Assembly (NCBI GenBank): GCA_020343615.1
Contig: CP070803.1
Coordinates: 143,686 to 207,685 of the forward strand
Reading direction: 5' to 3'
DNA from: Candidatus Woesearchaeota archaeon
Lineage (GTDB): Archaea > Nanobdellota > Nanobdellia > UBA10117 > GCA-020343615
DNA: 64,000 nucleotides
Shown here: positions 47,763 through 57,258 of the stretch, piece by piece
How positions within the stretch are numbered: position 1 is the first letter of the stretch
Layout of the letters: the number at the start of each line of letters is the position of its first letter
Translations under genes and position numbers: made by a program
The notes under the pieces: model-generated
What the model was told of the DNA's origin: nothing
Databases searched by the model: none
Seen by the model: the letters and a program-made list of their open reading frames with translations, nothing else

Positions 47763-47834
47763 GGGCCGGTAGATCAGCGGTAGATCGCCACCTTGGCATG
47801 GTGGAGGCCCTGGGTTCGATTCCCAGCCGGTCCA
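47763..47834 (+). tRNA. tRNA-Ala(GGC)
   Basis: Hand-folded as acceptor GGGCCGG/CCGGTCC, with the G3:U70 alanine identity pair. Anticodon arm CCACC-TTGGCAT-GGTGG and T-arm CTGGG-TTCGATT-CCCAG. Confidence 0.9.
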
Positions 47835-47850
47835 CTTATAATTCTAGAAA

Positions 47851-49235
<1,385 letters not shown>

Positions 49236-49281
49236 TTAAACTTAAAAACATTTATTTCATTTAAAATATAGAATAAAAGAA

Positions 49282-50277
49282 ATGAAAGCCCTAGCTTTAT
49301 TTTCAGGAGGTTTGGACTCTATTCTAGCGATTAAACTATTACAAGAACAAGGTGTTGGGGTAATAGCTTATCACTTTACTTCTCCAGTTTTAACTGAGGA
49401 TCTTAAAGACATTAAAAAAACAGCTAAGGAATTAGGAGTTAAGCTAATTATTGAAGAAGCTGACTCAGATTACTTCAGAATGTTAAGAAAGCCTAAACAT
49501 GGCTACGGAAGTGCTATTAACCCTTGTATTGACTGTAGGATATTTGTATTTAAAAAAGCAAAGAAGGTAGCTAAAAAAGAAGGTGCTAAATTCATTGCTA
49601 CAGGAGAAGTTCTTGGAGAAAGGCCCATGACACAGGTTAAACGGTCTTTAGAGCTGATTGAAGAGGAAGCTGGCTTAAAAAACAAGCTATTAAGGCCCTT
49701 ATCTGCGAAATTGCTTCTAGAAACTGAAGCTGAGAGTAAGAAGTGGGTCAATAGAAAAGGATTTTTAGATATAGAAGGTAGAAATAGAAAAAAGCAGTTA
49801 GAATTAGCCAAAAAATACAAATTAAAGGACTATCCTACGCCTGCTGGTGGCTGTTTACTAACTGATAAAGATTTTGCACCTCGAGTAGCTGATTTATTTA
49901 AGAATAATAAAAGAATTACTAATAAGGATTTTCTTTTGATAAAATTCGGGAGACATTTTAGGTATAAAAACAGTAAAATCATTGTAGGTCGTGATGAAAA
50001 AGATAATGAACAATTAATAAATCTTAAGAATAAAACAGACTTTATCCTTGAAGTCTCTAATTATGGGAGCCCAATAACTATTTTACAGGGAAAAGATATA
50101 GAATTCGCAGCTAAATTAACCGCAAGATATTCTGATGCTAAAGGAAAGAAAATAGAGGTTAAATACGGAAAACAGAAACCTATTAAAAGCTTATTTGTCT
50201 CTCCTGCAACACAAGAACAGGTAGATAAATACATGATACGCCGAGATAGCTCAGTTGGTAGAGCGCCAGTCTCATAA
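49282..50277 (+). CDS. PP-loop ATPase of the MnmA/ThiI tRNA-thiolation family
   Basis: SGGLDS PP-loop. NPCIDCRIFVFKK resembles the MnmA/ThiI catalytic-Cys motif NPxxxCNxxIKF. A second Cys lies in PAGGCLLTD. The 3' end overlaps the tRNA-Met gene by 38 nt. Confidence 0.55.
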   Translation: MKALALFSGGLDSILAIKLLQEQGVGVIAYHFTSPVLTEDLKDIKKTAKELGVKLIIEEADSDYFRMLRKPKHGYGSAINPCIDCRIFVFKKAKKVAKKEGAKFIATGEVLGERPMTQVKRSLELIEEEAGLKNKLLRPLSAKLLLETEAESKKWVNRKGFLDIEGRNRKKQLELAKKYKLKDYPTPAGGCLLTDKDFAPRVADLFKNNKRITNKDFLLIKFGRHFRYKNSKIIVGRDEKDNEQLINLKNKTDFILEVSNYGSPITILQGKDIEFAAKLTARYSDAKGKKIEVKYGKQKPIKSLFVSPATQEQVDKYMIRRDSSVGRAPVS

Positions 50278-50312
50278 GCTGGATGTCGCGGGTTCAAATC
50301 CCGCTCTCGGCA
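50240..50312 (+). tRNA. tRNA-Met(CAT), elongator type
   Basis: Hand-folded as acceptor GCCGAGA/TCTCGGC (G1:C72, so not an initiator), anticodon arm CCAGT-CTCATAA-GCTGG and T-arm GCGGG-TTCAAAT-CCCGC. Confidence 0.85.
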
Positions 50313-50319
50313 TTTTAAG

Positions 50320-50655
50320 ATGATAGTTAAGAAAAATTCAAGAATCGAGCATGAAAATAGTAAAAAGTGTATTGCTTATGAGTATCCTATGGGTGACAAA
50401 GATATCAATGTTGCTTTGATAAAAATAAATGGGAGATATCCTAATGAAGGTGAAGTTACAAACGAGGTTGTTAAAGAATTAAGTTTTGTTGCAAAAGGTT
50501 TTGGTAAAGTTGTTATTGATAAAAAAGAGTATACTTTAGAAGAGGGGGACGCTATATTAATTTTACCTAAACAAAAATACTTCTTTGAAGGAGACCTGGA
50601 ACTTGTTATTTCCTGTAACCCTGCTTGGTATCCTGAACAACACAAACAAGTTTAG
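50320..50655 (+). CDS. Cupin-fold protein (hypothetical)
   Basis: Small beta-barrel pattern with a G(x)5..E..GD..I..P segment typical of cupin_2. Confidence 0.5.
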   Translation: MIVKKNSRIEHENSKKCIAYEYPMGDKDINVALIKINGRYPNEGEVTNEVVKELSFVAKGFGKVVIDKKEYTLEEGDAILILPKQKYFFEGDLELVISCNPAWYPEQHKQV

Positions 50656-50690
50656 AAATTATTTTAACTAATCACTACATTATAACAATC

Positions 50691-51878
50691 ATGCCTGAAA
50701 GTATTCTAAAGAAAGCTGGTGGATTTGTAAAAGACTCTGTTCTACTTTTAAGACCTTTACGTAAAAAAGAAAAATGGGATATTGGGAGATTGGATACATA
50801 TCTTTCTCCGGAAGAATATAGGAAAGTAAAGGGGGCATTAAAACAAGGTAAGGTTAAAATTGAACTATTAAAGTTGGGTTTTTCATTTTTAATCTCTGGA
50901 AAAGATGTTTTGCCTCGCTTAGTTTCTGAAGTTGAGTTTTTTCAAAAAATAAATAACAAGATAGAAAAAAAGTACTATGATAAATTATTTGAAGAATTTT
51001 CTCCACGAGCTTATGATGTTCTATTTCATTATTTGGCTTCAGATGTCATGTATCTCGCTGATCTAAAAAGAGCAGCAATACTTCAGTTATTCACAGAATT
51101 TCCTCTTCATGTTCTCATTATTGGTGAGTCAGATAGTGGAAAGTCTAAAATTCTGAATTCTGTCCGAACATTAGCGCCAAAATCAACTTATGGTATTGGA
51201 TCTTCAATATCTAGCAGCGGTCTAACACTATCTGTACAGGGGAAGAATGTGAAACCTGGTATTCTTCCTAGAGCTGATCAGGGTGTTTGCTGTATTTCTG
51301 AATTAAATCTAATTAAGAAGAATGAACTTTCGCAGCTTGTTTCTGTCATGGATAAAGGTTACATTAAATATGATAAAGGCGGTGCGAGTATTAAAAAAGA
51401 TGCTAGAACTAAAATACTAGCTACAGCTGAGACTAAAAAAGGTGATTTTAAATCATATTCTCTTTCACAGATAAAGAAACAGATACCGTTTAACTCTTCG
51501 TTTTTATCTAAATTTCATTTAATATTCATTACTAAAAAGCCTAGTAAAAATGAATTTAGAATTATTGCTGATACAATCATAGATGAGTCTGTTAAAAAGG
51601 ATATAAGTAAAGATGAAATTGAATTTATTAAACGATATATTGACTATAGTTCTGGAATTAGAGTAAAACTTCCTAAGAAATTAGCTAAACAAGTAGATGA
51701 ATTCGTTGTTGGTTTAAAAGATATGGAAAAAAAGTTACCTTATAACATTTCCTCTAAAACAGTTGAAGGGATTGTTTCCTTAATCAAGGCATCTGCAAGG
51801 TCTGAATTTAGAGGAGAAGTAGAAAATAAGGACTTAGAAAGAGTTTTTTCAATAGTCCGGAGCGCACTTCAAATATAA
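50691..51878 (+). CDS. Short, degenerate MCM-like AAA+ protein (395 aa) lacking the MCM N-terminal domain
   Basis: Walker A IIGESDSGKSKIL. The segment GVCCISELNLIKKNELSQLVSVMDKGYIKYDKGGASIKKDARTKILATAE aligns with the MCM Walker B/sensor/arginine-finger block (GVCCIDEFDKM...AIHEAMEQQTISIAKAGI...SARCSVLAAAN), but the Walker B Asp is replaced by Ser. Confidence 0.5.
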   Translation: MPESILKKAGGFVKDSVLLLRPLRKKEKWDIGRLDTYLSPEEYRKVKGALKQGKVKIELLKLGFSFLISGKDVLPRLVSEVEFFQKINNKIEKKYYDKLFEEFSPRAYDVLFHYLASDVMYLADLKRAAILQLFTEFPLHVLIIGESDSGKSKILNSVRTLAPKSTYGIGSSISSSGLTLSVQGKNVKPGILPRADQGVCCISELNLIKKNELSQLVSVMDKGYIKYDKGGASIKKDARTKILATAETKKGDFKSYSLSQIKKQIPFNSSFLSKFHLIFITKKPSKNEFRIIADTIIDESVKKDISKDEIEFIKRYIDYSSGIRVKLPKKLAKQVDEFVVGLKDMEKKLPYNISSKTVEGIVSLIKASARSEFRGEVENKDLERVFSIVRSALQI

Positions 51879-51913
51879 AAGTTTATAAATGCAAAAAATA
51901 CATTAATTTTTAA

Positions 51914-52659
51914 GCCTCGGTAGCTCAGTCGGCAAGAGCGACGGAGGGTGAAAGTTGATATGATACAACTTAATGAACGCGTTGCAGAAGAAACTGGTAT
52001 TCACATTGGTGATGGTAGCATGAGCATATATAACGGTATACCTTGTTATACTGTTGCATGTAATGCTAACAAAGAAAGAGAATACGTTGAAAAATATATA
52101 GCTCCATTAATAAAAGAAGTATATGGAATAAAACCGAAGTTAAGAATGTGGTCAGAAGGAGCATATGGATTTAGGATTGTTTCTAGAGAAGTGATAGAAT
52201 TTAAAAATAAAGAATTGGGTCTTCCATTAGGACCTAAAAAAGAAATAGAAATACCTTTTAAAATAATAAAAAATATGAACTTAGCTAAAAAATGTATACG
52301 TGGACTCTTTGATACAGATGGTTGTGTCTATATTGAAGAAAAGAAAACAGGTCCTTACCCTAGAATAGAATTACACCTAAGTTCAAAAAAAGTAGTAAAG
52401 CAGGTTAGTGAAATATTAAAGGATCTAGGATTAACTTGTTCAATTTGGGAACATAAATATCCTAATAAAAAGAATTGGTCAAACACGTATACAGTGTGTA
52501 CTCGAGGAACAAAAAATTTAAACATTTGGATGAAACAAATAGGATTCAAAAATCCTAAAAACATAAAAAAAGTATTAGCTTTCACCGGTCGAATCTTGTA
52601 TGCCGAAAGGAGTTTGGCCAAGTAAACCGTAGGTCGTGGGTTCGATTCCCACCCGGGGC
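51914..52659 (+). tRNA. tRNA gene (Thr-like D-arm and U73; isotype unresolved) interrupted by an intron of roughly 0.67 kb that encodes a LAGLIDADG endonuclease
   Basis: 5' exon GCCTCGG-TA-GCTC-AGTCGGCAA-GAGC-G-ACGGA.. and 3' exon ..GTAA-ACCGT-AGGTC-GTGGG-TTCGATT-CCCAC-CCGGGGC-T pair into a 7-bp acceptor stem (GCCTCGG/CCGGGGC) with a canonical T-arm. An oligo-T tract follows. I could not define the exact splice junctions or anticodon by hand. Confidence 0.55.
51948..52625 (+). CDS. LAGLIDADG homing endonuclease (double-motif, monomeric type) encoded inside the tRNA intron
   Basis: Two LAGLIDADG motifs: GIHIGDGSMSI and IRGLFDTDGCVYI. The ORF runs from the 5' splice region into the 3' exon, as is typical of intron-encoded HEs. 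Confidence 0.75.
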   Translation: MKVDMIQLNERVAEETGIHIGDGSMSIYNGIPCYTVACNANKEREYVEKYIAPLIKEVYGIKPKLRMWSEGAYGFRIVSREVIEFKNKELGLPLGPKKEIEIPFKIIKNMNLAKKCIRGLFDTDGCVYIEEKKTGPYPRIELHLSSKKVVKQVSEILKDLGLTCSIWEHKYPNKKNWSNTYTVCTRGTKNLNIWMKQIGFKNPKNIKKVLAFTGRILYAERSLAK

Positions 52660-52749
52660 TTTTTATAGTATTTTAAAAATAAAGGATATGTTCCTAAATC
52701 TAAAGAAATAGAAAGATTTTTTAAGGCTACTAAAATCTGAAGATGTAGT

Positions 52750-52877
52750 GGGCCGGTGGTCTAGCTGGTTAACTCTTCCAGAACTTTTGTGGGAGAGGCC
52801 AAATGACGCAGCCCTTACATGTTCTTAAAAAGGGCTAAGATAGGCTGAGGTCGGGAGTTCGAATCTCCCCTGGCCCA
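52750..52877 (+). tRNA. tRNA-Val(TAC) with two introns: a 22-nt canonical 37/38 intron and an intron of about 33 nt in the D-loop
   Basis: Hand-folded as acceptor GGGCCGG/CTGGCCC, anticodon stem CAGCC/GGCTG with loop CTTACA-[TGTTCTTAAAAAGGGCTAAGAT]-A, and T-arm GGGAG-TTCGAAT-CTCCC. The D-arm GTCT...TGAC-G closes only if an internal insert of about 33 nt is removed. Confidence 0.65.
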
Positions 52878-52934
52878 CTTGTATACTGCTGTAAAGAAAT
52901 TTTTATTATAATACTATCACTATTTGATAGATAT

Positions 52935-53219
52935 ATGAAAACTGAAACAAAGCTACATATAAATAACGCTGGTCGAGGAGCCTCTTTTTTAGTTGCAACA
53001 TATGGATACTTAAGGGGAACAGGAGAGTATTTTATTCAACTATCTCAAAATATACTTGCTACTGCTTCTTATTTTATTTTAACTGGGAGGTCTAAAATAT
53101 TAGAAAGGAGCTTGGTAACGACTGACACTCTAGAAAAATCAAAATCCTATAAAAAATATGAGCTTCAAATAGAAAAAGAGATTGAGGAATCTATTAAAAA
53201 AGATGAAGTTGCTAAATAA
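52935..53219 (+). CDS. Hypothetical protein (94 aa)
   Basis: ORF only; no motifs. Confidence 0.3.
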   Translation: MKTETKLHINNAGRGASFLVATYGYLRGTGEYFIQLSQNILATASYFILTGRSKILERSLVTTDTLEKSKSYKKYELQIEKEIEESIKKDEVAK

Positions 53220-53245
53220 ATTATACTTTTATATTATACTTGATA

Positions 53246-56200
53246 CTAATCGCTTAAAGGAAGATAATCCGTGTTAGCAGAACAGTTGGAAATGATTCGG
53301 GTGTGCATTAAATCTGTGTTATTGTACCATGAAATTGACACATCTGAATCTGAAGTTGAATCTACTAGTCTTCCTTTCTTTACTGCTAAGTTTCTTCCAT
53401 TAGGATATCCTAACCAAGTAGAACCTGCATTTGCTAATTTTACACATGACCAACTACCTGCAGAATTATAACAGTATCTTAAATCATCATTTGTAGCATC
53501 ATAATGAGATATATATACAACATCATTGGAGTCTATTGCTATGCTTGTATCCCATCCAACGTCACCAGTGGTTTCTACATTCTCGCAGGTCCAAGAACCT
53601 CCAGAGTTGTTGCAGTATGATAGTGAACCATTATTCGAAGATACGTGGACAACATCATTGGAGTCTATTGCTATGCTAGTATGTTTACCACCATCTCCTA
53701 TTTGCTTGCAAGTCCAGGTTCCTCCAGAGTTGTTGCAGTATCTTAAATCATCATTACCAGCATCAGTATGAGAGATATGAACTACATTATTGGAATCTAT
53801 TGCTATGCTTGAACAGTCTCCGACCATACCTCCTAGGTCTACATTCTCGCAGGTCCAAGAACCTCCAGAGTTGTTGCAGTATCCTAACGAATAAACTACA
53901 GTAGCATTTTTGTGAGATATATGGACAACATCATTGGAGTCTATTGCTATGCTTGAAAATTCTCCGACAACACCATTAGTTGCTACATTATCGCAAGTCC
54001 AGGTTCCTCCAGAGTTGTTGCAGTATCCTAGATTACCTCCGGTTTCATTATAATATGATATATGAACAACATTAGTAGAGTCTATGGCTATGCTTGAATC
54101 GTATCCGACATTACCAGTAGTTTTTAAGTTCTTACATTCCCAATTTCCGTATGTTCCGTTACAGTACCCTAAATCATCATTTGTATCATTAAAGTAAGAT
54201 ATATGAATCATTCCGTTATAGTCTATTGCTATGCTTGAATACCTTCCTGTATCATTTTTTGACTCTACTGTTTCTGTACTACTTCCTAGCTGACACGCTC
54301 TGTCATTATACACATCATAAGCCTCATCACAGAAGCCATCATTATCATCATCGGTACAGTCATAATAATATCCGTCTCCAGAACCATTAATCCAAACATT
54401 ACCTCCTATATTGGTTCCAGAACCATAAATCCTATTTCCTGTTTTGTTTGTTGTATTAAAGTAATTAGGAGGGTTTGGGGGAGTTCCAGTAAAGCGTACA
54501 TTATCATAAGTTCCAGAATTATTTAGTAGACAATTGTATATTTGATTGTATTCAGGATAATCCGAACCACTTGGATCGAAATAGATTCCAGCCAAAGAAT
54601 TGCCTTTTATTGTTGAATTAGCTATAATATTATTGTCCGAATTGGAAGATAACCTAACTCCATAACTATTTGAATTGGTAATACTCTCTGAAATAATATT
54701 AGAATTTGAGTTATATAAAAAAATTCCATGTTGTGAATTTGAATTTGCAGTTACGTTTATGAAGTTATTGGAGTCTGAAGAATACATTTGAATTCCATAA
54801 CTATTTGAATTTGCGGTTATATTTGTGAAGTTATTGGAGTCTGAAGAAGACATATAAATCCCTACATATGATGAATATGAAGTTATATTAATAAATGTAT
54901 TGGAATTAGAATACATTAACATTATGTACTCATTATTTGAGTTATTTATATTTTCAAAATGTGCTCCATCTGTTTGAGCTATAATAATACCATTATTATC
55001 TATACTATCAGAACCTCTTATTGTTATATTATTTAAGTAAGAGTTACTTGCATTACATAAAATTATATGACTTATATTACCCTCCCAGTTTTGGATATTC
55101 ACAGTATCTTTATAGTACTTAATTGGTCTGTTCCCTGAACCTGTTATGTTTTCTATATGATTTTCACAATGATTATCTGTAGTAGTAGAAACGTATAAAT
55201 CCAGTTCGTTTTCTAAGAGTTTTGAATTAGTAATAGAACTACTATATGAATTTCGCAGATAAAATCCATATTGATTTGAATTTGCAGTTATATTTGTGAT
55301 ATTGTTGTAATCTGACATTATATAGACTCCATGTTGTGAATTTGAATTTGCAGTTACGTTTATGAAGTTACTGGAATCTGAATAAATAAAATAAATTCCT
55401 CGCCAATTTGAATTTGTGATTGTATCTTTAATAGTATTTTTGTCAGATGCACTAGTACTATAAATTCCATTAAAAAAGTCTGTGATTTTACAATTTAATA
55501 CAGTATTATTATCAGAACCTCCATTTGAATTATTTAACCAAATTCCATAATCTGTTGTTCCTGAATCATCTCCAGTAATATTATGCCCTTGACAGTCAAA
55601 TGTTACATCATCTGTTCCGTTAAAGTCTATACATCTTCCAGTTGTGGAGATATTATCAACCAAATAAATAGTATCTCCTGAACTTGCTTGACCAATCTCT
55701 GCGGTGCAGTTATCACAACTATAACAAAGAGCTCCTGCTAATTCAATAGTACAGGTAGCAGAGCAGCCATCTCCCCCTGTAGTACCTCCATCGTCACATT
55801 CTTCTCCACATTCTACTACATCATTTCCACAGAATTGGTCTAAACTGCAATCTCCATTACATCCTGGGTAAGGATCACAATCTACATTATTACCATCATC
55901 ACATTGCTCATCCCCTTCAGGATTATTATCACCACATATAGTAAGAAATACTACTTCAGTATCATATTCTCCTGTAGCTGATGTTGCTGATGAAAAATGA
56001 ATAGTATAGAAATATGTGGTTGACGCCTTTATATTACAAATAAAAGGATTTATTCGTATATATAAGGATACTGTTCCTCTAGCACTTAAATATTTTTCAG
56101 AGATATTCGCTTCAAAGGCTCCACCTGGTGAGAGATATTCGCTTTGACAAACTACTTCTCCACTTGGTTTATATATCTCTAACAACATATTTGACTCATT

Positions 56201-56440
56201 TAGTTTCATTCTTCTACTTCCTTTGTTTTTTATGTCTACTCTTAAGACATTATTTTTATACGACTCTGATAGAATTACAGGATTATATGATGTTAATGTT
56301 GTTGTTATGTCTCTTATTGCTTCCACTTCTCTTTCAGATGGTTGTATAGTCTTAACATAAAACAGAATTGATATAGATATTAATACTGTGAATATTGCTA
56401 GGATGATAATAGAGAGTATAGGGGTTAATCCTTTTTTCAT
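53246..56440 (-). CDS. Giant (1064 aa) membrane-anchored surface protein: Cys-rich module, right-handed parallel beta-helix repeats, and seven C-terminal propeller-like repeats of about 42 aa
   Basis: N-terminal anchor (LTPILSIIILAIFTVLISISILF); a Cys-rich DDGNNVDCDPYPGCNGDC..CGEECDDGG module; PbH1-like repeats (NITANSNSQHGVYI / NITANSNQYGFYL / NITANSNSYGIQM...); then 7x [SSIAIDSNDVVHISHxDAxNDDLRYCNNSGG(S/T)W(T/S)C] repeats. Confidence 0.7.
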   Translation of the reverse strand: MKKGLTPILSIIILAIFTVLISISILFYVKTIQPSEREVEAIRDITTTLTSYNPVILSESYKNNVLRVDIKNKGSRRMKLNESNMLLEIYKPSGEVVCQSEYLSPGGAFEANISEKYLSARGTVSLYIRINPFICNIKASTTYFYTIHFSSATSATGEYDTEVVFLTICGDNNPEGDEQCDDGNNVDCDPYPGCNGDCSLDQFCGNDVVECGEECDDGGTTGGDGCSATCTIELAGALCYSCDNCTAEIGQASSGDTIYLVDNISTTGRCIDFNGTDDVTFDCQGHNITGDDSGTTDYGIWLNNSNGGSDNNTVLNCKITDFFNGIYSTSASDKNTIKDTITNSNWRGIYFIYSDSSNFINVTANSNSQHGVYIMSDYNNITNITANSNQYGFYLRNSYSSSITNSKLLENELDLYVSTTTDNHCENHIENITGSGNRPIKYYKDTVNIQNWEGNISHIILCNASNSYLNNITIRGSDSIDNNGIIIAQTDGAHFENINNSNNEYIMLMYSNSNTFINITSYSSYVGIYMSSSDSNNFTNITANSNSYGIQMYSSDSNNFINVTANSNSQHGIFLYNSNSNIISESITNSNSYGVRLSSNSDNNIIANSTIKGNSLAGIYFDPSGSDYPEYNQIYNCLLNNSGTYDNVRFTGTPPNPPNYFNTTNKTGNRIYGSGTNIGGNVWINGSGDGYYYDCTDDDNDGFCDEAYDVYNDRACQLGSSTETVESKNDTGRYSSIAIDYNGMIHISYFNDTNDDLGYCNGTYGNWECKNLKTTGNVGYDSSIAIDSTNVVHISYYNETGGNLGYCNNSGGTWTCDNVATNGVVGEFSSIAIDSNDVVHISHKNATVVYSLGYCNNSGGSWTCENVDLGGMVGDCSSIAIDSNNVVHISHTDAGNDDLRYCNNSGGTWTCKQIGDGGKHTSIAIDSNDVVHVSSNNGSLSYCNNSGGSWTCENVETTGDVGWDTSIAIDSNDVVYISHYDATNDDLRYCYNSAGSWSCVKLANAGSTWLGYPNGRNLAVKKGRLVDSTSDSDVSISWYNNTDLMHTRIISNCSANTDYLPLSD

Positions 56441-56481
56441 TAATATTAATTAAAAATATAATAATATATAAATATTAGTTA

Positions 56482-56790
56482 TCACTCTATGACTTCTATT
56501 TCTATGTTAACGTCTTTTGGGATTGGTACTCTCATAATGAGATGCAGTGCTCTTTCATCAGCAGAGATATCAATTAATCTTTTATGAATTCTCATTTCAT
56601 ATCTTTCCCACGTTTCAGAACCCTCTCCATCGGGAGCTCTTCTTACAGGAACTTTTAATTTTTTTGTAGGTAAATTAATGGGTCCCTTGTAAGCTACGCC
56701 TACTTTTTTAGCTATGTCTACAATTTGAGAGCATATGCTATCTACTTTCTTTACTTCAGTGCTGTATAGGTTTATTCTTGCCTTTGGCAT
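56482..56790 (-). CDS. rpsJ: 30S ribosomal protein S10 (uS10)
   Basis: [50 protein letters not shown]...HKRLIDI matches uS10. Start placed at the MPKARI Met. Confidence 0.85.
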   Translation of the reverse strand: MPKARINLYSTEVKKVDSICSQIVDIAKKVGVAYKGPINLPTKKLKVPVRRAPDGEGSETWERYEMRIHKRLIDISADERALHLIMRVPIPKDVNIEIEVIE

Positions 56791-56888
56791 AGTAAGAATA
56801 AGTGAAATCAATCCCTTTAAAAAGCTTTAGTTGAACATATTTTTGTATTAGCAACCTTTTAAAGTATTAATTATTAATATATAACATA

Positions 56889-57227
56889 ATGGCTTGGTTT
56901 CATAAAAGTTTAAAGGATATGAAAGTTGCTATTGAGAAAGAAGACTGGAAGGAAGTTATCAAAATATTAAAACAGCATAATTCTCCCCGTGAAGATAGAA
57001 GAATAAGAAGTGATATTGGTGAAATAAGCCACACAATATCTGATTATCGCGAGCATATTCAACAGATATATGCAGCAATATATCAATATGCTGAAGGGAA
57101 AAGAACTTACGTAGAAAAATATGAGAAAGATCATATGCTACTAAAAGTCAATGCAGCTATTCGGTGTGCACTAAAATTTGAAGAAGTTATAAAACACCTT
57201 ATTAAAGAAGGGAAGTTTCTAGAATAA
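56889..57227 (+). CDS. Hypothetical small helical protein (112 aa)
   Basis: ORF only. Sits immediately upstream of the 1408-aa surface protein gene on the same strand. Confidence 0.4.
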   Translation: MAWFHKSLKDMKVAIEKEDWKEVIKILKQHNSPREDRRIRSDIGEISHTISDYREHIQQIYAAIYQYAEGKRTYVEKYEKDHMLLKVNAAIRCALKFEEVIKHLIKEGKFLE

Positions 57228-57258
57228 TTATTTAAGATTAGAACTGCTATATTATATA

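Noticed and set aside
52355-52621. 88-aa minus-strand ORF inside the LAGLIDADG gene
   Set aside because: Antisense to the endonuclease ORF, whose motifs are unambiguous.
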